Sequence record: ON528736
Strand: one strand, 5' to 3'
Source of the DNA: Shigella phage ESh26
DNA length: 64,000 bases
Position 1 is the first letter of the stretch; each line of letters starts with the position of its first letter. Positions 38,372-47,100 of the stretch are shown one piece after another. Position numbers and translations under genes: made by a program. The notes under the pieces are model-generated. The model was not told the origin of the DNA. It saw only the letters and a list, made by a program, of their open reading frames with translations, and searched no databases.

Positions 38372-38572
38372 ATGGTACAAAAATTAATGGCACTTGTTAA
38401 TGCCATAAAAGGTAATAAAAAACGTATAGCTTTTACTATTTCTGCTATGGTAGGAATTTTACTCTGGAATTTTGTTTTATCACCAATTGCTATTGCTCAT
38501 GGTGTTAATATTCCAGTAATTACTCTTGATACATTCGTAGATTTAGCATTTGCTTTGGTTGGGTTAATTTAA
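38372..38572 (+). CDS. Plus-strand small two-TM membrane protein (66 aa)
   Basis: ATG preceded by AAGGAGG with 4-nt spacing; MVQKLMALVNAIKGNKKRIAFTISAMVGILLWNFVLSPIAIAHGVNIPVITLDTFVDLAFALVGLI; stop overlaps gene 61 stop on the opposite strand. Confidence 0.45.
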   Translation: MVQKLMALVNAIKGNKKRIAFTISAMVGILLWNFVLSPIAIAHGVNIPVITLDTFVDLAFALVGLI

Positions 38573-39597
38573 ATCTTAGCGTATTTAGATAGCCGCATTT
38601 TAGCCATCAACCCTTGGGCAATATTATTTTTCATATATTCCATAATTTGTTTAGGGGTTGCACCTTCCTTTCTAATCATATCATTAACATCCTTTGATTT
38701 CCAGGGAGATTTATCCCAAAACATAACCCTTTCTCCTGCATCAACTAATTTAGTCATTCGTTTAATAGTGTCAGGGTGACGAGGTTCATTATCTAAAACC
38801 CACACACGTCTATCTTTAAATGGAACAATTTCTAGGTCTAATTGACCACCCGTAATAGCTATACCATTTTCAATAAAAAGTGAATCTATAGGTCCTTCTA
38901 GAACATATACATCACCATCTTTGACTCGTTCAACTCCATAGATTTTTGTTGCCTCAGGATAAGCTTTGATGGTGATATATTTTTGAGGAGCATCTTTCTT
39001 TAATGCACGTCCTTGAAAAGACTCGGCTTTTCCGTTAGCATTATAAATTGGAATAACAAGACGAGGCTCGGGCATTTCCTTTTTATATGTTCCTGGCGCT
39101 ATACTATTAACTAATTTAGGCCATTCGGTTGTAAACCAAAGATATTTCCATTTATCCTTTGGAATACAACGAGCTTTTACATATTTTATAATTGGATGGT
39201 CTTCCGCCAGTTTATCTAGTCTAATGCATGACGGAAGAGATTTAATTATTTTCTTCTCAGGTTGTTTAGAAAGTTCTTTAGGTTTTTCTACTGGACGACT
39301 TTTACCTTTTTCTTTTCTTATTTCAAAGATATACTCACGATATAAATCAGGTTCAAACTCCTTTAAATATATTCCGATTGGTGCATGATAGTTACAGTTA
39401 TAACAATGAATATTTCCTTCATTATTATCGCCATAATACCATCCACGGGCTTTATTTTGATCGGTTTTTGAATCTCCACAAACAGGACATCTAAACCGTA
39501 ATTTAAAAGTTGAACTATTATTTACTTGTGCGAATTTAGGTAAATGAGCTAATGCACGGTATGCAAACTCATTATCAATCCAAGGTATTGATGACAT
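38569..39597 (-). CDS. 61: DNA primase gp61
   Basis: 342-aa ORF with N-terminal zinc-binding CPVCGDS...HCYNCNYH; size as T4 gp61. Confidence 0.92.
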   Translation of the reverse strand: MSSIPWIDNEFAYRALAHLPKFAQVNNSSTFKLRFRCPVCGDSKTDQNKARGWYYGDNNEGNIHCYNCNYHAPIGIYLKEFEPDLYREYIFEIRKEKGKSRPVEKPKELSKQPEKKIIKSLPSCIRLDKLAEDHPIIKYVKARCIPKDKWKYLWFTTEWPKLVNSIAPGTYKKEMPEPRLVIPIYNANGKAESFQGRALKKDAPQKYITIKAYPEATKIYGVERVKDGDVYVLEGPIDSLFIENGIAITGGQLDLEIVPFKDRRVWVLDNEPRHPDTIKRMTKLVDAGERVMFWDKSPWKSKDVNDMIRKEGATPKQIMEYMKNNIAQGLMAKMRLSKYAKI

Positions 39598-39599
39598 TT

Positions 39600-39764
39600 T
39601 TACTCTTCTTTTTCTTTAGATTCCTCTTTTTTCTTTTTAGGAATCTGTTCAGGACCTTTATTTACTACAGCGCCTGACGTTGTTCCAGTGGAGATATTTT
39701 CAGGATTACCACCTGAATCTCCAGCTACCATATCTTCTTTGATAAATTCTTTATATGTTTTCAT
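39600..39764 (-). CDS. Hypothetical protein (54 aa; 61.1 position)
   Basis: Hand-translated MKTYKEFIKEDMVAGDSGGNPENISTGTTSGAVVNKGPEQIPKKKKEESKEKEE; below track cutoff. Confidence 0.5.
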   Translation of the reverse strand: MKTYKEFIKEDMVAGDSGGNPENISTGTTSGAVVNKGPEQIPKKKKEESKEKEE

Positions 39765-39765
39765 A

Positions 39766-40392
39766 TTAACCTCTATTCATAAAAGCATTAAAAATTTGGT
39801 CATCAATAGAAACATTTACTTTAGACTGTTTTTCTGATAGTAATTCATATCCACATATTACAATTTTGTGATCAATATCAAAATGCACAGAAGCAATATG
39901 ATTAATGATGTTTTCAGTAAAGTCTAAATCAACATCAATATCTTTTTGACCACAGCCCAAAGGATAAATAATGCGAGTAATTCGATTATCTTTAACAAAG
40001 ATTCCACCGACATACTCTGTGCTGCGTTTAAAGTCTACACGCCGACGAAATGAAAAATATTCAGGCTCTTTATGAGCTCGGCTCATAGGACACAACGAGT
40101 AACTAGAATAAGAGATGTCAAATCCTACGCCTTCAATATGAGCCAAAGTATTACGATTAAACCAATTATAATCGTACGCCAAATCCATTAGATTATAATA
40201 TGTAAAAGGCACCGGATTAACATCATTAGTCACAAGCACGTAATTAGCAATTGCTATAATTTCATTGTTTTTAACGAATACAAACCGTGATTGATGGGAA
40301 TGACCTGGACCCGCGTTTTCACGATTAATGATATAACACTGGGCACCTTTATATTTGTATGTATCTTTGCACTTGTGCATTTGATAGAGCAT
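39766..40392 (-). CDS. Hypothetical protein (208 aa; 61.2 position)
   Basis: ORF. Confidence 0.55.
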   Translation of the reverse strand: MLYQMHKCKDTYKYKGAQCYIINRENAGPGHSHQSRFVFVKNNEIIAIANYVLVTNDVNPVPFTYYNLMDLAYDYNWFNRNTLAHIEGVGFDISYSSYSLCPMSRAHKEPEYFSFRRRVDFKRSTEYVGGIFVKDNRITRIIYPLGCGQKDIDVDLDFTENIINHIASVHFDIDHKIVICGYELLSEKQSKVNVSIDDQIFNAFMNRG

Positions 40393-40685
40393 TATTCACC
40401 TACCACTTCAGCGATGATATTTTTATTATTAAAGTTTTTATCGCAATACAGAACATAATTATACTGCATTACACCACCAGACTTAAGCTGTTTTTGCACT
40501 TCAGCTTTCATTTCAGGACGATCACGCTCAACAATATTCATAATATCTGCTTCAATTTGAGTTTCAACTTCAGTCTGATCTGCAGTCATAGACCATTCAC
40601 ACAAATCTTTGTCATAACCCGCCATAGCAGGCTGAGCAGCACAAGAAGATAAAGCAAAAATTATAGCAAAGATAAATTTTTTCAT
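40392..40685 (-). CDS. Putative secreted/periplasmic protein (97 aa)
   Basis: N-terminal signal peptide MKKFIFAIIFALSSCAAQPAMA. Confidence 0.5.
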   Translation of the reverse strand: MKKFIFAIIFALSSCAAQPAMAGYDKDLCEWSMTADQTEVETQIEADIMNIVERDRPEMKAEVQKQLKSGGVMQYNYVLYCDKNFNNKNIIAEVVGE

Positions 40686-40745
40686 GATAATCTCCTCAGT
40701 AGTTTATGTTTATATAGTATCTCAATTTCCAATAAAAGTAAACAG

Positions 40746-41045
40746 CTATTTTAAAACTTCTGCATAATCACATGTTACAAACTGTTTCTCTAACTTGACG
40801 ATTTTACGAAAGTATCTTTTGCATTGGCGAATCTGTCGCTTCGTAGGGCGCACAGCAAACTTAATAAATTCCACTCGACCAAATGGAGGACTTTCTTCTG
40901 CTGGAATATCTAATACCAATTCCCACGTATCTGCGATAAGTGCTTTGAATTGAGTATTTTTCCTGACGTTATACGGTGTAGGTTTAAATAAAACAATATG
41001 CATATTATCCTCGGCAATCCACTTCGCATACTTTCTTGTCATCAA
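40746..41045 (-). CDS. Hypothetical protein (99 aa)
   Basis: ORF. Confidence 0.5.
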   Translation of the reverse strand: MMTRKYAKWIAEDNMHIVLFKPTPYNVRKNTQFKALIADTWELVLDIPAEESPPFGRVEFIKFAVRPTKRQIRQCKRYFRKIVKLEKQFVTCDYAEVLK

Positions 41046-41187
41046 TGAAAGCTTTAACTAGCGCTTTATTAACTTCAGCATATTGAGTAGTAGCCCATTG
41101 AACGTCATCTTTCATCATTGTGATTTCTTTAGTAAACATGCTTTCGTTCTTAAACCACCCCATAAAAACTACCTTTACCAATTCCAT
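41005..41187 (-). CDS. Hypothetical protein (60 aa)
   Basis: ORF with GAGGAG SD downstream of early promoter. Confidence 0.4.
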   Translation of the reverse strand: MELVKVVFMGWFKNESMFTKEITMMKDDVQWATTQYAEVNKALVKAFIDDKKVCEVDCRG

Positions 41188-41216
41188 AAAAATCTCCTCA
41201 TTTAACCAACAAGACT

Positions 41217-41246
41217 ACTATACCATAGTCTTGTCGGCTTGTAAAC
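41217..41246 (-). promoter_or_regulatory. T4-type early promoter; -10 lies inside an 8-bp inverted repeat; -35 overlaps gene 41 stop
   Basis: Minus strand GTTTAC-18 nt-TGG-TATAGT; inverted repeat caagacta (41210-41217) / tagtcttg (41226-41233). Confidence 0.6.
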
Positions 41247-42673
41247 TAAAATTTTAATTCATTTGCCAAAGCATCTAACTGAGCTCGAGCGGATTCGTTT
41301 CTTTGATAGCGATTCTGTTCAGCCTGAATCTGCTGTGAACCTGCTACTTCGTTCACTTCGGTTGGAGTAGAATCTTGCTCAATTTCTACCCATTTCTGAT
41401 TTCCTTTTTGAACACCCATCAAAAACTTATTCCATTTATTCTTATCACCGTATCGTGATTTGATTTGCTTAATGAGTTGTTGTTCAGCAGCTGCTAGCTC
41501 CTCGGTTTCAATGACCGCAAGCATAAAATCAGCTGTTGCTGGAAGACCGGCAGATTCTGCAATATCGCTCATGTTAACATCAGAAGAGTCCCAAGCTTGC
41601 TTACCAACCTGTGCTGCAGTCCAAAGAACAGTTTCGGTTTCAACAGCCAGAGCACGCAATTCCTCTGCGATAGCTTTAACAGTCGTGTAACTATTTTCTG
41701 AATAAACTCTGATGCGGCAAGATTTACAAATACCCAGATAGTCAACAATAATGATTGTTGGAACAAAATTCTTCTTGAGCTTTAATTCATTTAAAAGCGA
41801 CCGAAATGTATTAGCGTCTGCTCCACCAGTAGGATATTGCTTAACGATTAAACGACCGAGAGTAGATTTCTCACGCCATTTTTCCATTTTTCCTTTATAC
41901 TCAGCGTAAGAAATATGCCCATCATCAATGTCATCAAGGGAAACATCAAGCATATTAGCATCAATACGTTTAGCACAAACTTCTTCTGCCATTTCCATGG
42001 AAATGTAAAGAACATTGTGTCCGAGCTGCAAATAATCTGCTGCCAATGAACACAATCCTAATGACTTGCCAACGTTAACACCGGCCATTAAAACGTTCAG
42101 TGTTCCAGTTTCAGCTCCGCCTTTAGTAATTTTATTTAGAATTTTGAGTTTAAATGGAACCTTACGAGCTTTATTCATATAAGATAGCCAACGTGCTTCG
42201 TAGTCATCCATCCAATCATGACCAACGTAACTATCAAATGAAATTGATAATGCTTGGCGCATGATGTCAGGAATAGCACCAACATCCGGCATTTTCTTAT
42301 TTCGTTTTTCTGGAGGAAGCTCAGCATTAGTTTGAATTTCAATTATTTTAGACGTAGCATTAAACATCGCCCTTTGCTGAACATATTTTTCTGTTTCTTT
42401 TACTAACCAGCTGTGGTCTTCTGGAGAATCGGCTAGTTTCGAAATAAGTGTTTTTACACCAGAATATTCTGTTTCAGTAAATGAACTATTTTCTAATGCA
42501 ACATTTAACGCATTAATAGATGGAACGCTATGGTATTCATTAACATGAGATTTAATTAATTTGAATGTATTTTTAGCTGGACCACTTTCAAAATATTCTG
42601 AATCCATATATGGCCAAACTTTTGAAAAATAAGCTTGATCAAATATGAGATGAGAAAGAATAATTTCTACCAC
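41246..42673 (-). CDS. 41: Replicative DNA helicase gp41 (DnaB-like)
   Basis: 475-aa ORF, Walker A GVNVGKS; size as T4 gp41. Confidence 0.92.
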   Translation of the reverse strand: MVEIILSHLIFDQAYFSKVWPYMDSEYFESGPAKNTFKLIKSHVNEYHSVPSINALNVALENSSFTETEYSGVKTLISKLADSPEDHSWLVKETEKYVQQRAMFNATSKIIEIQTNAELPPEKRNKKMPDVGAIPDIMRQALSISFDSYVGHDWMDDYEARWLSYMNKARKVPFKLKILNKITKGGAETGTLNVLMAGVNVGKSLGLCSLAADYLQLGHNVLYISMEMAEEVCAKRIDANMLDVSLDDIDDGHISYAEYKGKMEKWREKSTLGRLIVKQYPTGGADANTFRSLLNELKLKKNFVPTIIIVDYLGICKSCRIRVYSENSYTTVKAIAEELRALAVETETVLWTAAQVGKQAWDSSDVNMSDIAESAGLPATADFMLAVIETEELAAAEQQLIKQIKSRYGDKNKWNKFLMGVQKGNQKWVEIEQDSTPTEVNEVAGSQQIQAEQNRYQRNESARAQLDALANELKF

Positions 42674-42682
42674 ACTTACTCC

Positions 42683-43045
42683 TTAAAAGAATTTAAATTT
42701 TTTCTTTGACCTTTTATTAAATGCATCTTGTAGTTGCATTGTAATACATTTTTCTACATGAGGAGCTAACTCAGCTTTTCTTTCTTGGTCAAGAACAGCA
42801 AAGTCCATTACGACTTTTCCATCAACCCAATCTAATTTTGTCACATACACAATGTGTGTAGAACCGTCTTCTAGTTTAATGACAATCTCCTGGATAACAT
42901 TTTCCATGGCAGATTTAATTATCTTAAGAGATTCATTAAAAAGACGTTCTTTTCTTTCTTCTTCCCCCTCCGAAGAGGGGGATTCATCGATAATTTCTAG
43001 ATCTAAATCTAAATCATCTTTATTCATTAAATTCTTCCATATCAC
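42683..43045 (-). CDS. 40: gp40 head-assembly protein
   Basis: 120-aa ORF between uvsX and 41 as in T4; call by synteny and size. Confidence 0.6.
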   Translation of the reverse strand: MIWKNLMNKDDLDLDLEIIDESPSSEGEEERKERLFNESLKIIKSAMENVIQEIVIKLEDGSTHIVYVTKLDWVDGKVVMDFAVLDQERKAELAPHVEKCITMQLQDAFNKRSKKKFKFF

Positions 43046-44201
43046 TTAACTGATCTAGGTCAGTTTCTAAATCAGCTGCTGATTTACTTTTACTTTCTGG
43101 AGATTTAAATTTTTCAACCTTTGAGTTAATCAATTCATCAACTTCAGCTTCAACAATTTCATTACTATCAATAGCACCTAACTGATAAGCACGTTTAATA
43201 GCATCTCGGAATGGCTGATGCTTAAATAAAGGACCCCAGAATGTAGTGCAGTTGGTATCTTTTGCACGCCAAGATTTTTCTTCGCGAATCATCTCACCGG
43301 TTTCTTCGTCAAGAAATTCACGAGCATACCAGCCATTTTTAGGTTTTACCACAAATCCTAATTCTAGAGCCATATCTAACAATCCAGAATAAGGATCGAT
43401 GCCACCGTCAAATTTAACATCAATAAAGAATTTACTTTTTTCTTTAACGGTACGAGATTTTTCTACATTTAGAACAAATTGATACCCCTGAAGATCAGAA
43501 CCATCTTTAATCTGGCGCTTACCGATAATGAATACGGTATCAGCCGAATACATTACGCCTGTACCACCTGTCATCACGGTTTTACTAAACATTTCAATTG
43601 TTTCAATTGTATGGTTAACCGCAACGCATGGAATGTTTTTAATACTAAAATAAGGAGTAACAATACGGAATAATGACTTCAGTGATTTAGCACGAGTCAT
43701 ATCTGCTACAGATTTTTCATTCAAGGCATCTTCCGTTTCTTTCTTAGAAGCCATATTACCGATTGAGTCGATGAATACAATAACTTTTTCACCGCGCTCA
43801 ATAGCTTCAAGCTGATTCACCATATCAATTTTCAGCTGTTCAACTGACTGAATTGGTGTATGAATTACTCGTTCCGGGTCAACTCCCATGGATCGCAAAT
43901 AAGCTGGAGTAATACCAAATTCGCTATCATAAAATAGACAAACCGCGTCAGGATATTTGTTCAAATACGCCGCAACCATAGTCAAAGACATATTTGATTT
44001 AAAGTGTTTAGAAGGACCTGCAAAAATGGTTAAACCAGACTGCATACCACCATCAATCGCACCAGAAATAGCGATATTAAGCATTGGGATTTTTGTACGG
44101 ATTACATCCTTTTCATTAAAGAATTTAGATGCAGTCAGTTCAGCAGTCATTTTAGAAGTGGAAGCTTTAATCAAACGGGATTTTAAATCTGCAATAGACA
44201 T
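43020..44201 (-). CDS. uvsX: UvsX recombinase (RecA-like)
   Basis: 393-aa ORF MSIADLKSRLIKASTSKMTAELTASKFFNEKD...; RecA-fold ATPase motifs; close to but not identical with remembered T4 UvsX. Confidence 0.92.
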   Translation of the reverse strand: MSIADLKSRLIKASTSKMTAELTASKFFNEKDVIRTKIPMLNIAISGAIDGGMQSGLTIFAGPSKHFKSNMSLTMVAAYLNKYPDAVCLFYDSEFGITPAYLRSMGVDPERVIHTPIQSVEQLKIDMVNQLEAIERGEKVIVFIDSIGNMASKKETEDALNEKSVADMTRAKSLKSLFRIVTPYFSIKNIPCVAVNHTIETIEMFSKTVMTGGTGVMYSADTVFIIGKRQIKDGSDLQGYQFVLNVEKSRTVKEKSKFFIDVKFDGGIDPYSGLLDMALELGFVVKPKNGWYAREFLDEETGEMIREEKSWRAKDTNCTTFWGPLFKHQPFRDAIKRAYQLGAIDSNEIVEAEVDELINSKVEKFKSPESKSKSAADLETDLDQLSDMEEFNE

Positions 44202-44278
44202 TCATTTTTTCCATAGGCATCATTATATTTTCCTCACTGGTTAAAGATAGAGTAATTATAACACAATAAATTTAGGCA

Positions 44279-45127
44279 TTAATCGACTGCTATTGGATGA
44301 ATAGCATTAAACTTATGAAACGCTTCTGATTTTTCTTTGCGTGAAACACACATGCGAAGAACCTTTAATGGCTCGTCTTCTTCACCCAACGATTTTCTCT
44401 TTTCGATATTCGATGTTTTCCAACGAGCTTGCTCTGGAAACTCTCTATTGATTTGCTCAAGAGCTCTATTATGTTTTGAATTACTACGAATTGAACTACA
44501 TCCGCCAGGAGCTTGTGCTTTTCCAGATACAACCAGATATTTGAACAAGGCCAAATGCGGATAACCTTGATTAATTAAATTGAGAAATGCATACATATCT
44601 TCGCATAAATCAATTTTTCCATACCCAATTTGTTCTGTCGTGAGTTTTCCAAGGTCATACCATGTATTCGTGAATCCATATGAATTTTCACGATAATTAC
44701 CCCAAGATGAAGTAATTTTAAAAATTGGTAGACGAGCATGGCCATGATAATACCCACAATCCATGGCATCTTCAACGTATTGAATCAATTCATAGAACTG
44801 TTCACGAGTTAATTGATTAATTTTATCTACACAGCGACGATCATCTTTCTTTCGCATTGAACTCATACGAATAGTAGTATCATCGTCAATCATCCAGATT
44901 CGTTGACCTGCATACATATCAGTAATTGCTTTACGAGTACCAGCAATTCCATTAACATCATCAGGAATAGTTATAATTTTGGCTTTAGACCCGTAAGCGT
45001 CATAATAAGCTTTTTCTTCGTGTTCACGTACTACAATATGAGGTTCATAATCAGTCGGAAACATATCAAGGGCAGAAACTGCCCCTACGCGTTGATAGCT
45101 TGGAATTACGAATTGAATCATTTCCAC
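44279..45127 (-). CDS. Glycosyltransferase (282 aa) at the beta-gt locus; candidate beta-glucosyl-HMC alpha-glucosyltransferase
   Basis: ORF with DDD motif (RIWMIDDDTTI); occupies the uvsX-42 interval where T4 has 351-aa beta-gt; no resemblance to remembered T4 beta-gt. Confidence 0.55.
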   Translation of the reverse strand: MEMIQFVIPSYQRVGAVSALDMFPTDYEPHIVVREHEEKAYYDAYGSKAKIITIPDDVNGIAGTRKAITDMYAGQRIWMIDDDTTIRMSSMRKKDDRRCVDKINQLTREQFYELIQYVEDAMDCGYYHGHARLPIFKITSSWGNYRENSYGFTNTWYDLGKLTTEQIGYGKIDLCEDMYAFLNLINQGYPHLALFKYLVVSGKAQAPGGCSSIRSNSKHNRALEQINREFPEQARWKTSNIEKRKSLGEEDEPLKVLRMCVSRKEKSEAFHKFNAIHPIAVD

Positions 45128-45858
45128 TCACCATTATAATCTTTTTTCACAATATGAGTTTCGCCAGTATTCCACCAATGATCAACCAAGTAAAAATGAC
45201 GAGAATATACATGAAGACTTCCAACATTCCATATAATAGAACCTGCTTTATACTGACGAGTTGAATCACCTGCATTCAAATCAGATACTAATTTATCTAG
45301 TACGTATTTTTGCCATGCATAATCATTACGGAATCCGAAGACAACGTCATTTGAACGCATGCTCACTACTGCATTGACTTTCTTATCACGAATCAGGTAC
45401 TGTACTGTATTCGTACACATGAAATCTGACATACCATCTTTATTGTAGTCAAACTGCATGGATGGACGAGTATAAATCATGATACCGCGTCGAGAATCAG
45501 GATTTTGACCAAGTTCAGCTAAACACATATCATATTGGGCATAGTTATCTTCTGACCAGATGGCCCAACCATAATTCGAATTAATTTCGCCTTTAGAAGA
45601 TGCTACCTGTTGCCAAATCTTCGGTGTTTCACCTGGAATATCTTTAACAAACAAACTTTTAGATTTATACCATTCAAGTTCACGCTGAATGTATTCATCA
45701 TTAAGAGCGCCAAAAATAAATGGTTCATCTGCTACAAATGATGCGCCAATAATTTCAATAGTTTTAACGCCAGTTTTATCAACTACGAAATCTTTTTCCT
45801 TTAATGCAAGCCCCAAATGAAGACGGATTTCTTCAACTGTCATAGAGTCACTAATCAT
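45118..45858 (-). CDS. 42: dCMP hydroxymethylase gp42
   Basis: 246-aa ORF; thymidylate-synthase-like fold; size as T4 gp42. Confidence 0.92.
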   Translation of the reverse strand: MISDSMTVEEIRLHLGLALKEKDFVVDKTGVKTIEIIGASFVADEPFIFGALNDEYIQRELEWYKSKSLFVKDIPGETPKIWQQVASSKGEINSNYGWAIWSEDNYAQYDMCLAELGQNPDSRRGIMIYTRPSMQFDYNKDGMSDFMCTNTVQYLIRDKKVNAVVSMRSNDVVFGFRNDYAWQKYVLDKLVSDLNAGDSTRQYKAGSIIWNVGSLHVYSRHFYLVDHWWNTGETHIVKKDYNGEWK

Positions 45859-45865
45859 TTAAACC

Positions 45866-46015
45866 TCAATTGATACATTCATATTTAACTTGTAACAGTA
45901 ATAAACCCCAACCTATAATAAGTGTCGGAATCATACAAGGAACCGTTACGCTATAGTATATACTTATTATAATCATCAAGATTAAAAGCAATACTGCTAA
46001 AATTTTGCTTTTCAT
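45866..46015 (-). CDS. Small hydrophobic membrane protein (49 aa)
   Basis: Hand-translated MKSKILAVLLLILMIIISIYYSVTVPCMIPTLIIGWGLLLLQVKYECIN; ATG overlaps imm stop (ATGA). Confidence 0.35.
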   Translation of the reverse strand: MKSKILAVLLLILMIIISIYYSVTVPCMIPTLIIGWGLLLLQVKYECIN

Positions 46016-46263
46016 TCCTTCTCTCTGATGATAATTACTTGATTCGGTTGTGCAGATTTTTTAGTTTCACCCGCAATTGACCAAATAAATGTAATAAACC
46101 AACCAATAATTGACCAATTAAACAGTAAAGATGTGAAAAAGATTCCTACTGTCGATTTTGACCCACGCATCAAGGCGATGAACCACGGAAGCATGTATAT
46201 AATGATAGCCAACACGCCTGAAACTAAAACCATAAAAATTGAACCTGCTACTAAAGTTTCCAT
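46012..46263 (-). CDS. imm: Imm superinfection immunity protein
   Basis: 83-aa two-TM ORF METLVAGSIFMVLVSGVLAIIIYMLPWFIALMRGSK... recognised as T4 Imm. Confidence 0.88.
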   Translation of the reverse strand: METLVAGSIFMVLVSGVLAIIIYMLPWFIALMRGSKSTVGIFFTSLLFNWSIIGWFITFIWSIAGETKKSAQPNQVIIIREKE

Positions 46264-46270
46264 GTTTTCC

Positions 46271-46651
46271 TCACTTAGTCAAATTTTTTACACATGAATT
46301 ATAAGAATTCACTACATACTCCATCGGAGCATTTTTACCGGTACGCCATTGGTAATTATTAGCCCAATTAGCCCAAAGTTCGGCGCAGTAGTTTTCAATT
46401 TTTTCTTCGCGTGTAATTACATCTGAATTACGATATGCTTGAGCAGATTCATCTGGACGAATAGCTTCGTCAAAATTCGCCTGCATTTGTTCTACTGTCT
46501 GTTTTGGAGCTTCTTTATAACACTTGACGTTAGGATTATAAAATTTGCTTGAACAGTTTACAATTTTTCCTACATCAGATTGATTTACTACCGGTCCTTG
46601 AGCTACACAGCCAGTAAGACCCAATGTAATAACCAAAATAGCAATTTTCAT
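46271..46651 (-). CDS. Putative lipoprotein (126 aa)
   Basis: Signal peptide with lipobox MKIAILVITLGLTGC. Confidence 0.55.
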   Translation of the reverse strand: MKIAILVITLGLTGCVAQGPVVNQSDVGKIVNCSSKFYNPNVKCYKEAPKQTVEQMQANFDEAIRPDESAQAYRNSDVITREEKIENYCAELWANWANNYQWRTGKNAPMEYVVNSYNSCVKNLTK

Positions 46652-46661
46652 AATAATTTCC

Positions 46662-46919
46662 TCAAATACAAGCAGTAATTACTCCAGTAGTGCTTACACA
46701 GGTATTACCTAATTGAACACCAAGCGTTCCATTAGTATTCATATGAAGATTATCATCAATTTTTGTTGATACTTTACCATTCATGTGAATAACAGTATTA
46801 GATTCAATCACATTCTGAGTGTCATTTTCAATATCAATAAATGGAACAGCTGCTAATGCAACTAGAACAACTGCTAATGCAACTAAACACGCTGCTAAAC
46901 AACCATAAACAATTTTCAT
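46662..46919 (-). CDS. Hypothetical membrane/secreted protein (85 aa)
   Basis: Track ORF starts upstream inside UTR; ATG at 46919 follows cassette SD ggagaataaa; MKIVYGCLAACLVALAVVLVALAAV... Confidence 0.5.
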   Translation of the reverse strand: MKIVYGCLAACLVALAVVLVALAAVPFIDIENDTQNVIESNTVIHMNGKVSTKIDDNLHMNTNGTLGVQLGNTCVSTTGVITACI

Positions 46920-46953
46920 TTTATTCTCCAAATCCGTATCAGTTGATAGTTGT

Positions 46954-46983
46954 ATAGTACCATGGAAGAACAGAGATGTAAAC
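46954..46983 (-). promoter_or_regulatory. Early promoter (cassette copy C)
   Basis: Minus strand GTTTAC-18 nt-TGG-TACTAT; UTR identical to copy B apart from a 7-nt duplication. Confidence 0.65.
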
Positions 46984-47065
46984 CGTTTTGTGAAAAAATT
47001 TTTAATGAATTTACAGGACCTAGAATCATCTATTTTTCCTAAGTATAGATTTATATTACTTGTAT

Positions 47066-47087
47066 GAAAAAGGGACCCGGAGGTCCC
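47066..47087 (-). terminator. Terminator hairpin after gene 43
   Basis: GGGACC-(4-nt loop)-GGTCCC followed on minus strand by 5-U run, 14 nt after gene 43 stop. Confidence 0.6.
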
Positions 47088-47100
47088 TAGATTTATTCTA

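Noticed and set aside
44202-44278. Possible middle promoter upstream of uvsX
   Set aside because: A TATAAT-like -10 is present but the putative MotA box (aTGCcTaA) is a poor match; not reported as a feature
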